From assembly GCA_028534125.1 (NCBI GenBank), contig CM052816.1, positions 9,550,001-9,614,000 of the forward strand: 64,000 nt of DNA. Reading direction: 5' to 3'. Made by a program: the position numbers and the translations under genes. Each line of letters starts with the position of its first letter. Position 1 is the first letter of the stretch. The DNA comes from Lama glama (Eukaryota). Under the pieces are notes generated by a model that did no database searches, was not told where the DNA came from, and saw only the letters and a list, made by a program, of their open reading frames with translations. Positions 1 to 13,109 of the stretch are shown here, in pieces.

Positions 1-39
1 TTATCAGAGGTCAAGGATGGAGGCAGTGTGATGCCTTGA

Positions 40-175
40 CCCTGGCTACACACTGGAGTCATCTGGGAGATCCTGGGTTCCACGTGTAGAGATTCTATTT
101 TAATTGGTCTAGTTGGGGACCAGAAATGCATATGTTTTAGGAGCTCTACTGTACAGCAGGATTGAGAACCACTGG
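40..175. mobile_element. MER5-like hAT-Charlie fragment
   Basis: agagattctattttaattggtctag...ttgagaaccactg resembles the MER5 body and terminal inverted repeat. Confidence 0.55.
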
Positions 176-323
176 TGCACTAGAAAGAGCAGGAAGCCTG
201 TCTTCTAATCCCTTAGGGATCATTATCATTTTTCTCAGCACCAATAGAACAAGAAAGTTAAAGTTGATGATGCTTCAACTTTAGGCTAGCTCCATGTCTT
301 AAACTACAGAGAGGGTGGATTTA

Positions 324-546
324 CAGTGATAGGTCTCAACTGTGGACAGTTTTGTTTACCAGGGCATATTTGGCAATGTCTGGAGGCATTTTTGGTTTTC
401 ACAGCTGGTGGATGCCACTGGCATCCAGTGGATAGAGGCCAGAGGTGCTACTAAACATCTTAGAATGCATGGGACTCCCATCCTCTCCCTCGCAAAGAAT
501 TGTCTGGTTCCAAATTTCAAAACAGTGCAGAGATTGAGAAACTCTG
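324..546 (+). mobile_element. MER20 hAT DNA transposon
   Basis: cagtg...tttggcaatgtctggaggcatttttggtt...ctggcatccagtggatagaggccagag...ttgagaaactctg is typical of MER20. Confidence 0.8.
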
Positions 547-2049
547 CTTTAAACTAATCCTCTGAGCTTTGCAACAAAGCACCTCCTTACCACTGCAGGA
601 GAGGTCTTTGAACAATGCCAGGAGTTATATGTGCTTTTATCTGCCCACATCCGTTCAGCTCCTGCATCCTTTGGCTCCTCTTAATACACATCTACTCCCA
701 AGACAAGACAGGGGGGTGGGAAAAAACCCACAGAAGGCAATTGTTGTTTCTGAGAGGAAGTGCCCTGAATGTCCGTGGTTCGAGTGCCGGCGGTAACCTT
801 GCAGATAAGCCCTTTCCATGAGGCAGACTCTCTGAGCTTGTTCCCTTACAGCGTGTACTTGGCAGGGATGCAGCCATCCCAATTTAGTCAGAGCAGCTGT
901 TCAGGAAGGAATTGCCTCCAAAGCACACTAGGAGACCCACCAGAAAACCATACCCCTGTGTAAATGTGTGCTTAGTCCACAGAGTAATGATGCCCAACCC
1001 TGACCCATAGAAGTAGTATAAGTTTCATCTTATTCTGGGTGTCAGCAAACTAGAGTGTCTCCAGGAGAGTATAAACATCATGACTTTCTTTGCAGAATTC
1101 ATGACATATGAAGAACATAAAGAATGGGGGATGCTGAGTTTAGGATCTGAAGAAAATTCAGATCATAAGCCTTGTTTTTAATATAACTGAGGACTGTTAT
1201 GGGAAAGAAGGATCCAGTTTATTCTGCAACGTCCTGAGAGAGGTGGGTACAAAGTATTGAAGCTTTAAGAATATTTATTTTAGCAGAAAATGGAACGGAC
1301 CCTTTTACTAAGATATTCCTAATAAAGTAGAAAGAGAAAATTGGATGATCACCAGTCACTTAGAAGTGTTGATTGACCATGGATCCCTGGAAGCATTGAC
1401 TGATTTTTAGTCAGCATGGCCAGGAAAGAGGTGGGAGGTTGAAGGAGACATTCTCAGGCACTTCCTTTGTGATTGTGTGAAATACAGAACCACAGAAGTC
1501 CTCCCACAGTCCAGTTAAATACAAAAGAGAAAACCCTACTTCAGCTGGTGTAGCATTTTGTTTGGTTGAAGATGGAGACCTTCTGGAAAGGTTACCAGTG
1601 GGAAGATGTACCAGAGGTGATATTGTCAATTGCAGGAGCCAACCTCTTTCCCTTTATGATTCTTCTAGTAATCTGTCCAGTGGGAAATTTAGACACACTT
1701 AAGGAAGAAATCCATTCCTAGGCTCTGTGAGTGCTCGGTGGTAAACAACTGATTTGATACATGAGATTATGTTTGAGAAAAATATTGTCATATCTATGCA
1801 TCAGGATAAGTTTATATTGTTTGAGGCTTTAATATGAAAAGAATTACTGTTTAAAGATTTGTAGGGAGAAGGAGACCTATCCTATGAAGAAATGTGCCTT
1901 CAATCTGTTTTTCATGTTCTTCCTTTCTGACGTGGGCACTGTTAGGACCAGGACTTCAGGCTCTGGAAGTAACAAGGCAGCACCCCAGCCTAGGGGAAGT
2001 GACAGCACTGCTGAATCAGTGCAGGGTTATGGCTGAAAACATAGAACTT

Positions 2050-2240
2050 GGCATTTGATGGACCTGAATTCAGGTCCTGCCACTTTGAAGCTGTGTGATC
2101 CTGGGCAAGTTACTTGACCTCTCAGTGCCTTGATTTCTTCCTGTGCAAAAGTGGGAGTAAAGGTGGTTCTTGCCTCATGAGACTGTTCTGAGGCTGGTGT
2201 GATACACTGTACATATAGTGCCTGGAATAAGTTACTGGTA
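2050..2240 (+). mobile_element. MIR SINE
   Basis: Core gctgtgtgatcctgggcaagttacttgacctctcagtgccttgatttc. Confidence 0.75.
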
Positions 2241-3019
2241 AATTGTGTTCTCCCTGTCATAATCATCCTCTTAGTAGGCGAAAGGGCAGAACACAGGTCG
2301 GGAAGACAAGGCTCCTGTTTCTGGAACACTGGTTCATTGTCAGAACAGGTCTGAGGGGAAGTGGTTTGGTGTCAAAGTCACCATAATATCCTCCTCATAA
2401 GGGACAGGATAGTTCCTGAGCTGTAAGTTCAGAAGGAGAGGGAAAATTACTTCAACTGCAGGGATTGGGGAATTGTGGAGAAGGAAATGAGGGAGAAAGG
2501 TCTAGCTGCTGTCCTACAAGAAGTGTGTGAAGTCATCTCTCACCTTTGAGCAAGGAAACCCAACGGATGGCTTCTAGTTATAGAAACAAACATGAGTGTG
2601 CTCTGGTTTATATTCGACCAGAGAGCCAAGAATTTGCTTTTCACTAAGTGATTTCTGAATTGTCTTTTCTCATTCACATGGCTATTTTAGGTTATTTTTA
2701 GCAGGATTCTTTGAAACATTTCACAGCTAGAATTGTTCTTGGGGAACTTTTTATTCTCTAAGAAATGAGTAAATCTGTATTTTGATAAACCTGACAAACA
2801 AATATATTCGGTGCCTGCTCATATTCCTTTTATTCTTTTCAGACTTTTATTTCCCTTGCTGGCTGGTATAATGTAATTTTTATTCTGTTTGTGAATTGTC
2901 ATTGCCTGCTGTGAGTTTCTGACTTTAGGGAAAGGAGTGTGTGTGTATATGATTGTCATGTATAATAAGGAATTGCCTACAAATAATTTGGTTTCCTTGT
3001 CCAGACATCACCATCTTCA

Positions 3020-3290
3020 TTATCATCATTCTTAGCGTCTACCATTTCCTGAGCACTGGCTTTATATGCTCAGCACTGAGCTAAGTGCATTCATTACCTA
3101 TGTCATCTTATTGAATCCTTAATATAATCATGGGAGCAAGTATTATTATCCCCATTTTCCTGATGGGGAAATTGAGACTCAGAGAGATTAAATAACTTGG
3201 CTTATGTCCTATAACTGGTGAGTGGTAGGGCCAAGATTCTAACAGATGTTCATCTGATTTCAGAGCCCTGGTTGTTAACCACTAAGCTAT
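3020..3290 (-). mobile_element. MIR SINE
   Basis: tattattatccccattttcctgatggggaaattgagactcagagagattaaataacttg. Confidence 0.75.
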
Positions 3291-6200
3291 GCTCCTTGCC
3301 ATTAACCATGAAGGTGTGCTCCTTGCTAATTAATTGGAAACTCTTGAAATAATGCAGAACTTTTGATTTGTAGACATGGGAAGGGCTTCAGAAGTGATTT
3401 GTTCAAATACCCCAAGCAACTTATCTGGTAGTTAGTTGTCTGTCTCTACTCCCACTGCAGTGCAGCTTATTATCCAAGGCAAGACACTGGCAGGGTTGCA
3501 CATTATAATGTTTTCCTTTGGGACTATGCGTGTAACATAACCATAGAGAGAGAAGCGATTTCATATGTATTGTTCAAGAGGATGGAAAGGCCATTCAGGC
3601 ATGTGGGATTTTAAACTGTAAATGCCAGCTGGATTGAGCTATGATAGAATAACCTTGAGCAATATAGTGTGACTTGCAATGGGCAGATAGTGAAGGGTAT
3701 GTCTTCTTGCCTGACCAGTCTGGTTTTCCAACTCATTTCCCTCAACTTTCCCCCAACCTAACTCCCTATGCAATAAGCATGCTAAATTGATCATTTTCCT
3801 TAAATAAATAGTTAATTCTCCAGTCTCTGGATTACTTTTGCTGCCTCAAATACTCTTTCTCACTTTCTTGCCTGGCACAAGCCTACTTATTCCTTGAGGC
3901 AACAACATAAGGTTCCAATATGGACTCTTTAAACTCTCCTGATCCCTGCTCCCTCAGCCTCCAAGCTAATCACTTCCTTTTCTGGGCTCTCATACCACCT
4001 GCTTTTCTTTTGCTTGGAGGCTCAGCTCATCCTGTGGGATCTTAAGTACTTTTATGCACCCAACACATCCTCTGCTCATCTGGGCAGCTTCTCAAGAGCA
4101 GGACATTTTCCTACCTGCAGTGTCTAAGAGTCGAGGATGCCTGTTTGGTGAATGTGCACATTTAGTGATGCTGGTGCAGTGAAACTGAATTGGATTGCCT
4201 GGTTTGGATCGTGGCTCCACCTCTCCCTACATGTTTGACGTAGGCAAGTTACTAGTCCTCATTCCACTCAACTAGAGCCTGTAAATATTAAAACTTTTGT
4301 GATAAGATTGTGGTGAAAATTATATGAGATAATCCATGATTAGCTTAGCACAGTTAGTGGTACATATTAAATACTCAGTAAATATTGGCTGTTTTTATTA
4401 TGGATCCATACTTTTAAGATGTTTTCCCCTACGTATTTTTAGGTTCTGTCATATCGAAATAGTTCAGCAGAAAATGCAGGCAGCCTGAGCCTCCAAAGAT
4501 TCAAAGTTCCAATCTTTCATTTGTCATTTAGGAACTGTGGTAGACAATGGGAAAAAGTCTCACAAGGAAACTGGTTTGACTTTAGTTACATGTACGTATA
4601 ACTGTGAGAAACAGCGGTGCATTGGGATTAAAATAAGCCATACCTACTAATTTGATCTTGCACTTTAGCATGTTGAAACATGGGTATATCTGAGGCTGGT
4701 GATGGAATTAAGGGGCCCCTGGGAATACAGTTTGTTCAGCCTACAAGGTTAGGCATCCCAAACTATAAATGCAACTCTTTAGGGTCCTTACTGTAAGTAG
4801 CACAAAATAATAGAATGAATGCTGGCCTAAGATCCCAGAGTTTCCACCCTGAGGATGTGGTACTTTATGTCCCTTCCAAGACACTATGCTCCCTGCAGTT
4901 CAGTTTTCTCATCTACCTGATAGAGATTTTTGTAATTTGCCTACTATTTTCACAATTTTCACCCATGTCAGCATTCTACCCAAGCTATTATTTATTTACT
5001 ATTTGTCTTTAAATACATTTTTAATCTGAATAAATCTATTTCTAGAGGAAACTCTGTATCATGACCTTAAATGCAAACCCATATAAAGAAGATGATTTTT
5101 AAAATAAATCAATGAAAAGAAAAGAAGACAAATTATTATTACTTGCGTGAATTATTATCAGAATTTAACTTGATCCCATTGCTTGCCAAGTGCTCCGAGT
5201 CAAAAGCCTGCTCTCTATTCTTTTAGGTATTAGAGACTTAAAGCCAGAGTGGGGCCAAACTGAGTCTTTCTCTTTAAAATAAGCAGAATGACTGAAAGAA
5301 GTATTGAATCTCCTCACCGTGATTAAAATGACTTAATACTGTATTCCATTGTTTGGCATATCACCCATGGAACATATTCCATGTTTGGGAAATACTGCAT
5401 CTTCCAGAGTCAATATGTTCTGGTTGATAGTGATCTAAAGACAAGTGAAAAAATTGGCCTAGGTCATCACCTTTTGAATCTTTGAACTTACTGATAACGT
5501 TAATACAAGTATGTGCTCACTATTTAGAAACAGTTCAGTTAGTTTTTATCAGCTAATTGTATCCAAGCAATCTGGCTTTTATTTTTTTTTGTCCCATCAC
5601 ATGGAAAGCACCTTAAAAATTATTGCTTTGCGGCATCTCTGTACGTTTTTTGCCACCTCCTTTTCGTGGCTCATCACCAAGTCTTTTCTCATTTCTTCAT
5701 CAGTGTCATGGAAGCCAACAAATACTGCTGGTCCACTTTGCTAAAAGGGATTGTTTGCACGAATTTCAGTGCTTTTATTCCTATCACTTGTGCATAATCA
5801 CTGAATGCCTCACACTGCTAGCTCTGGCCCTTCCCACTCACTTGGACTTTCTCTTCACTGCTCCCTGTGTCTCTAGTGCTAAGCTCTGCCTCAGGTGTGA
5901 GTAGAATATACGTCTTCAGGGACTCATAATCCTGTGTGCGTAAGAATCGTGTAGGAACACTTTTTTAAAATGCAGATTTCTACTTTACTTGCCCTACCCC
6001 TGCCCTCTCATCTCTCACTGTTGAGGGTGTGGTGTGGTGTGGTGTGGATCTCGTGAATCTGTATTTGCTGGGGGTACCTAAGGTAATTCTGATGCACAAT
6101 CTCTGGACAATTTTGTGAAAGATGACTTAGCTAGTGATCCTTTGTCTCTTTTCCTCCTCTTCCTTCTCCTCTTCCTCTTCCTCCTTCTTATGGAATGAAA

Positions 6201-8284
6201 GTAATTGTAAGTCTATTTCATCAACCATTTGTATTAAACTTCCCTATAAAACTCTACCCACCGCAGAAATGATTTCCATGTTTCCCGGTGGATAGAATTC
6301 CTGATTTGGGAGGCAGAATTCTGATTCATAGCACTATATCTGCTGTTACCTGTCAGTCAATCCATGCCCCTACATTGCATCTACATTGCACAGAGTATTG
6401 TTTGAAATAATGCTCTGTATCCTGCTTCCTTATAGATTTCCATTGAAGATTAAATGTGGGAAATGTTACAGAAATGCTCCATAAATTGTAGAGGATTTTA
6501 CTAAAACTATTAAAACAAGAAACAGCATTTAAAAAAACTCATCTGTTAAAAATATCAGAGATTCTTTTTCAATGATGTTTTGCATCAGAGATTTTAAGTG
6601 GCTCTGCCAATATTTCTGATCAAGCATATGTTTAAGGAGAGACAGTTGTGATCTCACTGCATTTTAAGTTGTGGCATCTCAGCCCCTCGCTATCCTATCC
6701 TATCCAGATACACTTAACAGCTTTGCCATGTAATTTCACAGATTCAGAAATTGAGGTCTTTCAAATTCTTTAATACAAATCCAAAAATGATTCTCCCTGT
6801 GTTTCCAGTGAAACCTTTTCCCTCCACACAGAATGTAAAGTATCAGATACTAACAATAGAATATTAAAAGCCAAATTTGAAGCAATTACCCACAGCTTTG
6901 GAGAACAGTCCCACACACAGCTGGTGCCCAGTCAGAAGGTCTGTGTTTGTCACCCACCATTTCTGCTGCCCATAGAACCAGAATGTCAGAGCTGCAAAAG
7001 ACCTTAAAGATAATCCTCCTTGTCTAACAAATGGGGAAAGTGAGGCACAGGAAGGGGACTAAGTCACTGAAGCACGGATGGATGCAGGCTAAAAGAGCAT
7101 TAGAACCCAGGCCTCTGTCTTCTGGTGTGCTGTTCACATCACTGAGTTAGTGGGTGGCCTTGTGGTTGAAAGTGGGAGGGGCTCAGTGAGTGTTGTAGCT
7201 GTGTGTGCTGAGTGTGGTTTTTTGCACTGGAACGAGGCCTCTTGGGGTACAACGTGTCGCACTATGACTTTGTATCTTGAATGAAGACCTAAGAGGCAGT
7301 CGACATTAAACTGTTAACAACAATTAGTTTAGTACAGTAGTGTCAGGTGAGGCTGCCCAGGCCGTATGGGGCGCAGGAACACCCTGTCATTATTCTCGAG
7401 CCCCCACTGAGAGGAAGCTGGTTGTGAGTCCTCCACGGAGTTAGAAGCTGCTCCGTTTTCCATTCTTCACAACTCCTCTCCTTGGCAAGGGTGCTAAATA
7501 ATCCTACCTTGAATGCTGAAGTTGTTACGCTTTAGAATGATCTAAATTGACTAAAGTGATACCAAACCAGTAAAATGAAATTTAACTAGGACAAGTGTAG
7601 TGCCCTACATTTTGGCTCAAAATAAAATAAAACAAAAAAAAATGCACCAGTGTAATAAAGAACCAGAGGAGCTGACGTCTGTTTCAAAAAGATAGAAGTT
7701 GGCAGCCCGCTTACATAACATATAAGCCTATATCGTATTACCACTGTCAGAAATGAACTTAATGTTGACCACATTCATAGAAGTAAATTGATGATGAAAA
7801 GTGCATGGTATAAATGAGGCTCACTATATACACCTGGGCTCTTTTCTGGTACTATATTTCGAGAGAGATAATCATAATAAGAATTGTGTTGAAGACAGTG
7901 CCCCTTGTGGCAATAATCTAGAAAACATAATATATAATGAACTAGTAAAGAAAATGGGAATGTGTAACCTGGAGAAGAGAAAATTTGGAGGACGTAATTA
8001 GCGGAGGGAAGAATTTTGAGTGGGCCTGGAGGGCATAGCAGTTCCACTGGGTAGAAGCTGTAGGAAGGCTGATTTGGGCTGCACATTAATAAGCTCTTTC
8101 TGATAACTAAAGTTGCTCAAAAATAATATAGCCTGGCTAGTCAGTGGAGATTCCTAAGTCGGGGCTAAACAACCACCCATCTGCATGGCATGAGGGGCTT
8201 TCCTGCAGTGGGTGGGCTCTTTCATCAGACCACATGTGACATTCATTCCAACTCTGAGGTTCTATGATCTTCTCCCCTCTCTAG

Positions 8285-8375
8285 GGATGCAGTGGAGTGT
8301 GGTGGCCAGTGGGAGAGTCAATACCACCCCCCAGCAACTTCTCCTTTGGTGGCTGCTCATCCCAGAGACACTTAG
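8285..8375 (+). CDS. HTR4: 5-HT4 receptor alternative terminal coding exon b (5-HT4b C-tail)
   Basis: Acceptor tcttctcccctctctAG. The phase-2 exon reads (R)[29 protein letters not shown] with TAG at 8373-8375. This matches the recalled human 5-HT4b tail [30 protein letters not shown]. Confidence 0.95.
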
Positions 8376-9962
8376 GCCCCTGGGGCAGTGACCCGGAAGA
8401 CAGCCATCCCTCTGGGAGAGGGCCAGATCTAAGCTGCTGCTTGTGCGTGACTGCATCTGGTATTCTCTTCATCCAGCACTTCATCTGTTGGTGCAGTCCC
8501 TTCACGTCCATTGGGCTTTTCCTCCAGGATTCCAGCAAGTGGCACTTGAGGGAGTCAGGGGACAGGACAGCCCCCTTGTTCCCTGGGGGTTCTCCTCCAG
8601 GGATCCTCCTTGAAGGGATCTTTTCATTTCCCAGCGCTCCCTCTTCGTGGCATCTTGCCCTTGCTGCACGCTCTCTGTTCTCTCCGATAAGTCCCCTTAC
8701 TGTGCCTGCTTTGTCTCGCTCGTGTTCCAAACATGATCAGTCACCGTGTCCTATCTCAGTCATAGATGTCTCCGAATATTCCTTCTTTGCTGTGCCTGCT
8801 CACAGACACTGTCAGAACACATCCTCCCTGTGCCTGTCTTGGTCAAAAAGCACACATCTCTTGCTTGTTCACGTCTGTCACAGCCATGTTCAAGCGACTC
8901 TCTGGCTCATCTCTGTCCTGCTCTGTGCCAGATACTAATGCACTTTCCTCCAGGAGTCTGGGTCCAAATGTGCGTCCTCCTGGTCAGCCCCTGTGTCAGT
9001 CACAGAGTTCCACTTGCTCTTGCTTGTGTCCATATCAGTCCTTTCAGGACATGCTCCATTTATTCACCATGGAAGAAACCGGGCAAAGATCCTTCAGGAG
9101 ATAACAGCCTCTGCGGCAACCCCCGAGGGAAGCCGAAGACGGACAGCTCCCCTGCTAGTCCTGGGGCCTCAGGACCTTCTGCTCTGAGACACTCGTCTTC
9201 CTAGAACAGACCTTGTCCTAAAGAGCCTTGGGCAGGGCCAGTGGCATCATAGCATTTACTAAAAGACTTTGGAATCTTTCCCATGAGTTTGTGACAAAGC
9301 CCATGGTACCAATTTATAACCTTGAATCTGGCCATGTTGGTCCCAAAGGAGAGACCTGTTGGAGGCTCACACCACCAAGACTTGTCTCTCACTGCAGTTT
9401 CCCCAGTGGAGGAGGCAGGACCAAGCAGTGCTGGGGATCAGAAGACATTGCTTCACTTGAAGTCAGAGAACATGAATTCCAGCCCTGGCTCTGCTCCTAA
9501 CACGCTATGAGATCGGGACCCATGCCCTTCCATTCCTTGACCTCACTTTCTGCATCTGTCAACTGCAGTTTGGACCAGGAGATCACTCAGATTCTCTCCG
9601 TTTCTATGACAACAGGATGCTGCTACAGCCGTCAGCTACCTCGAAAAGGCATGGCCTGCCTGCCTTTTGACTTTGTTCCAAAGGAACTAGCTGTCTCATT
9701 TGGGCCTTCTAGACCCTTGACCTTGCCAGCTTTGCCTTTCAGGTAAACCTGAATGTCCTTCATTCAAAGCTGAGTTCATGGCTCTTGCCAGCTGCCCCAG
9801 AGTGAAGGTCCCAGGGTGGTAAATGCTGCCACATCCCAGAGCTGTGTAAGGTTTCAGCTTTGGTCTTGGCTGTGATTTGATAGAATCTCAGGACTTTATC
9901 ATACTGTCCTTATTCCTGCTGCTGAATAAGTCTGTTTTCATTTCCATTGATGTTACCTTTAG

Positions 9963-10002
9963 TTCTGGAATTGCACCAGACTGGAAAGAGACTTTGGAAT
10001 GA
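9963..10002 (+). CDS. HTR4: Homologue of HTR4 terminal exon c, frameshifted relative to human
   Basis: Acceptor gttacctttAG, then (S)SGIAPDWKETLE* with TGA at 10000-10002. A shifted frame reads DFGMRKRRL, matching recalled human c SSGTETDRRNFGIRKRRLTKPS. Use of this exon in this species is unproven. Confidence 0.65.
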
Positions 10003-10052
10003 GGAAGAGAAGATTGCCTCAAAGCCATCCAAATGCAATCAATCAATCAATC

Positions 10053-10058
10053 AATAAA
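10053..10058 (+). terminator. Candidate polyadenylation signal AATAAA for HTR4 b/c transcripts
   Basis: AATAAA at the end of an (AATC)n run, followed by TG-rich ttctgtgttctg. Confidence 0.5.
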
Positions 10059-13000
10059 ATGAAAATTCTGTGTTCTGCAAAGGCTTACAATTTTTCTGGG
10101 AAGAAAGGCATGCCTTAGGGAAGGGAAAAAGCCTCTAACAAGAAAAGTGACTTCAAATTCCTGAATGCTATTTAGAAATGCTGTGCCATGTTGAAATTCT
10201 CCTGGTGTAGGCTGGGGATCTCACTGATCAGTGGAGCAGATTCATCTGGGGACCTATTCTCATCATATTTGAAGAAAGTTTAAGTCCTGATGTTCACAGT
10301 GACTCTCGCTGGACCAATCATCTTTGCTTTTCCAAGTCATTATTCCTCTGCCGATTCTAGATTGGGACTTAGGAGGCAACCGCCTATTTGAGGATGATTC
10401 TTCTCTAATACAAAAGAAAGAGCAGCAAGGTTTTGAGTCCCAAGGCCCTGAACCTGGCAGTGAGACCCACACTGTCTGTCTGGTTGCTACACACTGTCTA
10501 CCGCCTCCATGAACACGTAGTAAGGACGGGTGCAGCAGAGAAGCAGCACAGGCACTGAATCAGCTGCTGACTTACTGTGTGATGCTGAACTAACAGCTGG
10601 ACCTCTCTGGCCTCGGAAACAATCTCTCCTGCCTTCTTTGAAATCTGTCAACAAAGTTATTGTGGAGATAAATAAGATAATTTTTGTGACCCATTATGTA
10701 AATCATAAAATGCCATTCTATTTGTTTATTATGACATTGAATGACTTTGGATGCTCCTGGGCTCTCAAGGACTAAAAATTTCTTCATGAAGGAGTGAACC
10801 GATTTAGTGAGTGAGCTTTCTATGTTAAAAAAAAAAAAAACAGTACCAAGACAGCATCTTTTGGGGGTCAGTTCTTCCAAATTCACTCCCTCGGTGTTTG
10901 GTCACTCTAGGTTACTCAACACACACCATCGCTGCAATTTATACATCAGAAAAACTCTGATTTGAAGAGATTTTGTTGTTCTCAGAGTAAAGGAATGGGT
11001 GGAGAGAGATGGGAACTAAAAACAAATTTTTCGTGTAACTTCAGTGTCACATAGAATAAATTCAAATGCCTTTTTGCCATGAAAACATTTATTGGAGAAA
11101 AAAGACAGGTCGTTGAAATTATCCCCACCCCATAAATTCTCTCTCTCTTTCTTCATATTTATATATATGTAAATACTATGAAAAGAACCCTCAAACATGG
11201 ACCAGACTATAAATTACCAGCTGATAAGACTGTTATATAGTCTACTAAAATGCTGAATGAGATAATTTTAAGATTGTTTTCTAATCAGTCTGTGTAAATG
11301 ATTATTAATTATGGTTTAATGTTATTTAGCTAGCACCTTAATTTTGTTTACGTTTTTAGTAAAGCAGAATTACAAGTGGGGCCACTCATACACAGTTTCT
11401 AGGGCAGAGTTCCCTTAGGAAATCAATGTATAAAATACATGTGTGCCTGTTACAGAGAACGTGGAGCTTAATTATATAACTTCAATGGATTATAAATTTT
11501 AATGATGTAGTTTTTTTGCTTTTATGAAATTGTTAGTTATGCCTATGATTTGTCTGGAGCTAAAGCTTTGAAGTACTAGGAATCCTGATTCTAATTTGTT
11601 TCTGTGGAGAACACCTTTGGCTTTATAATGATCCACTTTTTGATGCCATTCCCAAGAATGTGTTCTGGGAAAAAACAGGAGCCTACATGGATTTGGTTTT
11701 TTCATTGATAAATTCTCTCTATTTATTGATAAACATTGATAAGTTACACATGTTTATATTTGTACAGTCTGTACATGTTTATATAAAACATATATGGAGG
11801 GAAATCTTAAGTCTTAAAACTATTGACAGAATTTTGAATACACAATAAAATGCCAAAGTCAATTACGTGCCTCAGTTCTGTAGAGCTTCTTGGTAACCTC
11901 TGTAGCCCAACCCATTCATCCCATGGAAGCGTTGGGCATTTGAAGCTGGAGAATTTTCTGTCTCTGTATCAAGTTCTCTCCTCAAGGTTAAGACAGAAGT
12001 CCAGGGCCCCTTGATAATGTGATTCTCCGTCTGTCTGTCTGTCTGTCTGCCTGCCATATTGCTCGGCCTCAAGTGCTAGGACTGACCTCTTTTACACGGT
12101 CATCCCACAAGCAGAGGATGGAGAAGGATCCAGCCCAGTCACACTCAGGGGACATACCATAGGAGTAATTCAAGGCAGCGTGACAGCTGTACTGTATAAC
12201 CAGAGGTCTTGGATTGAGGTGATTAAGAATGAGCCTCCTTTTTTGATGTCATGAACCACTCAGGATTCTGGAGTACAGCTCTCTTCCCCTGGAGCTCCTG
12301 GGTTATTAGGCCTAGAGTATGTGTCAATGAAATCCAGGCCCCAGCTCTTCTGAGTATGGGGCAATGGAAAGACCCCCATCAGCAGTCAGGGGCATGGTAC
12401 TCACCCCAAGTCTTCTGTTTAATCCTTGGAGCCACCATCATCTCACATATAAAATACAGGGGGTAGACAAGAATTAGGTTTTTAAATTAGAATCCTTTCT
12501 TCGTACACAAATTTACCTGGAACTCCATTGCAATAGGTCAGAATAGGTTGAAGAACAGGTAGATATGGCTCTTTCTGCTCATTATAATCCATCTCTGGAA
12601 AGAGCCTTCTTGAGAGTCAAAAACCCTAAGCAGCTGGACCAGGAACTCTCCACTAAAAGTCTGTGTTGGTGCTTGGTTTTCCCTCCTCCTCAATTTTTCT
12701 AAAGCATTCATAAGACCCCTGTGAGCTAGTTCTCCCGATGACTCTCCTCAGAATCACACCTGTCCGCTTATTTACAAAACCTCTTCCTGCACACAGAAAA
12801 CAGCCCATCTCCTGAAGCTCCCACCTAGAATGACAATCTAAGCCTTCGCACCCTGTGACGTACCTGCTGTGTCAAGGCGGAGAGCTAGACGTCAGAAATT
12901 AACTGAGGCGACTAACCTAGACTTGGACAACTGTCTCCTTTCTTGTTTCCTTCCAAATTGTGTTTATTCACTTTGGAGCAGCCATTCTCTGGACCAGTGC

Positions 13001-13109
13001 AAGGGGGAAGAGCTAACATAGATTCAGTACTCACTATGTACTAGGTGATTTCTATGTGTTACATAGTTTAATGCTGTCAGCAGCACTACCATGTTTACAT
13101 AAACAGATT

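Larger units (their letters stand above)
8376..10080 (+). other. HTR4: Probable 3' UTR of the HTR4 b isoform (also contains the c-exon homologue)
   Basis: Follows the b stop codon. The first canonical AATAAA I found is at 10053-10058. The 3' end is inferred. Confidence 0.5.

Noticed and set aside
8297..8938. 213-aa plus-strand ORF and neighbouring ORFs to 9500
   Set aside because: It has a non-ATG start and overlaps HTR4 exon b in a different frame before running through its 3' UTR. No recognisable protein.
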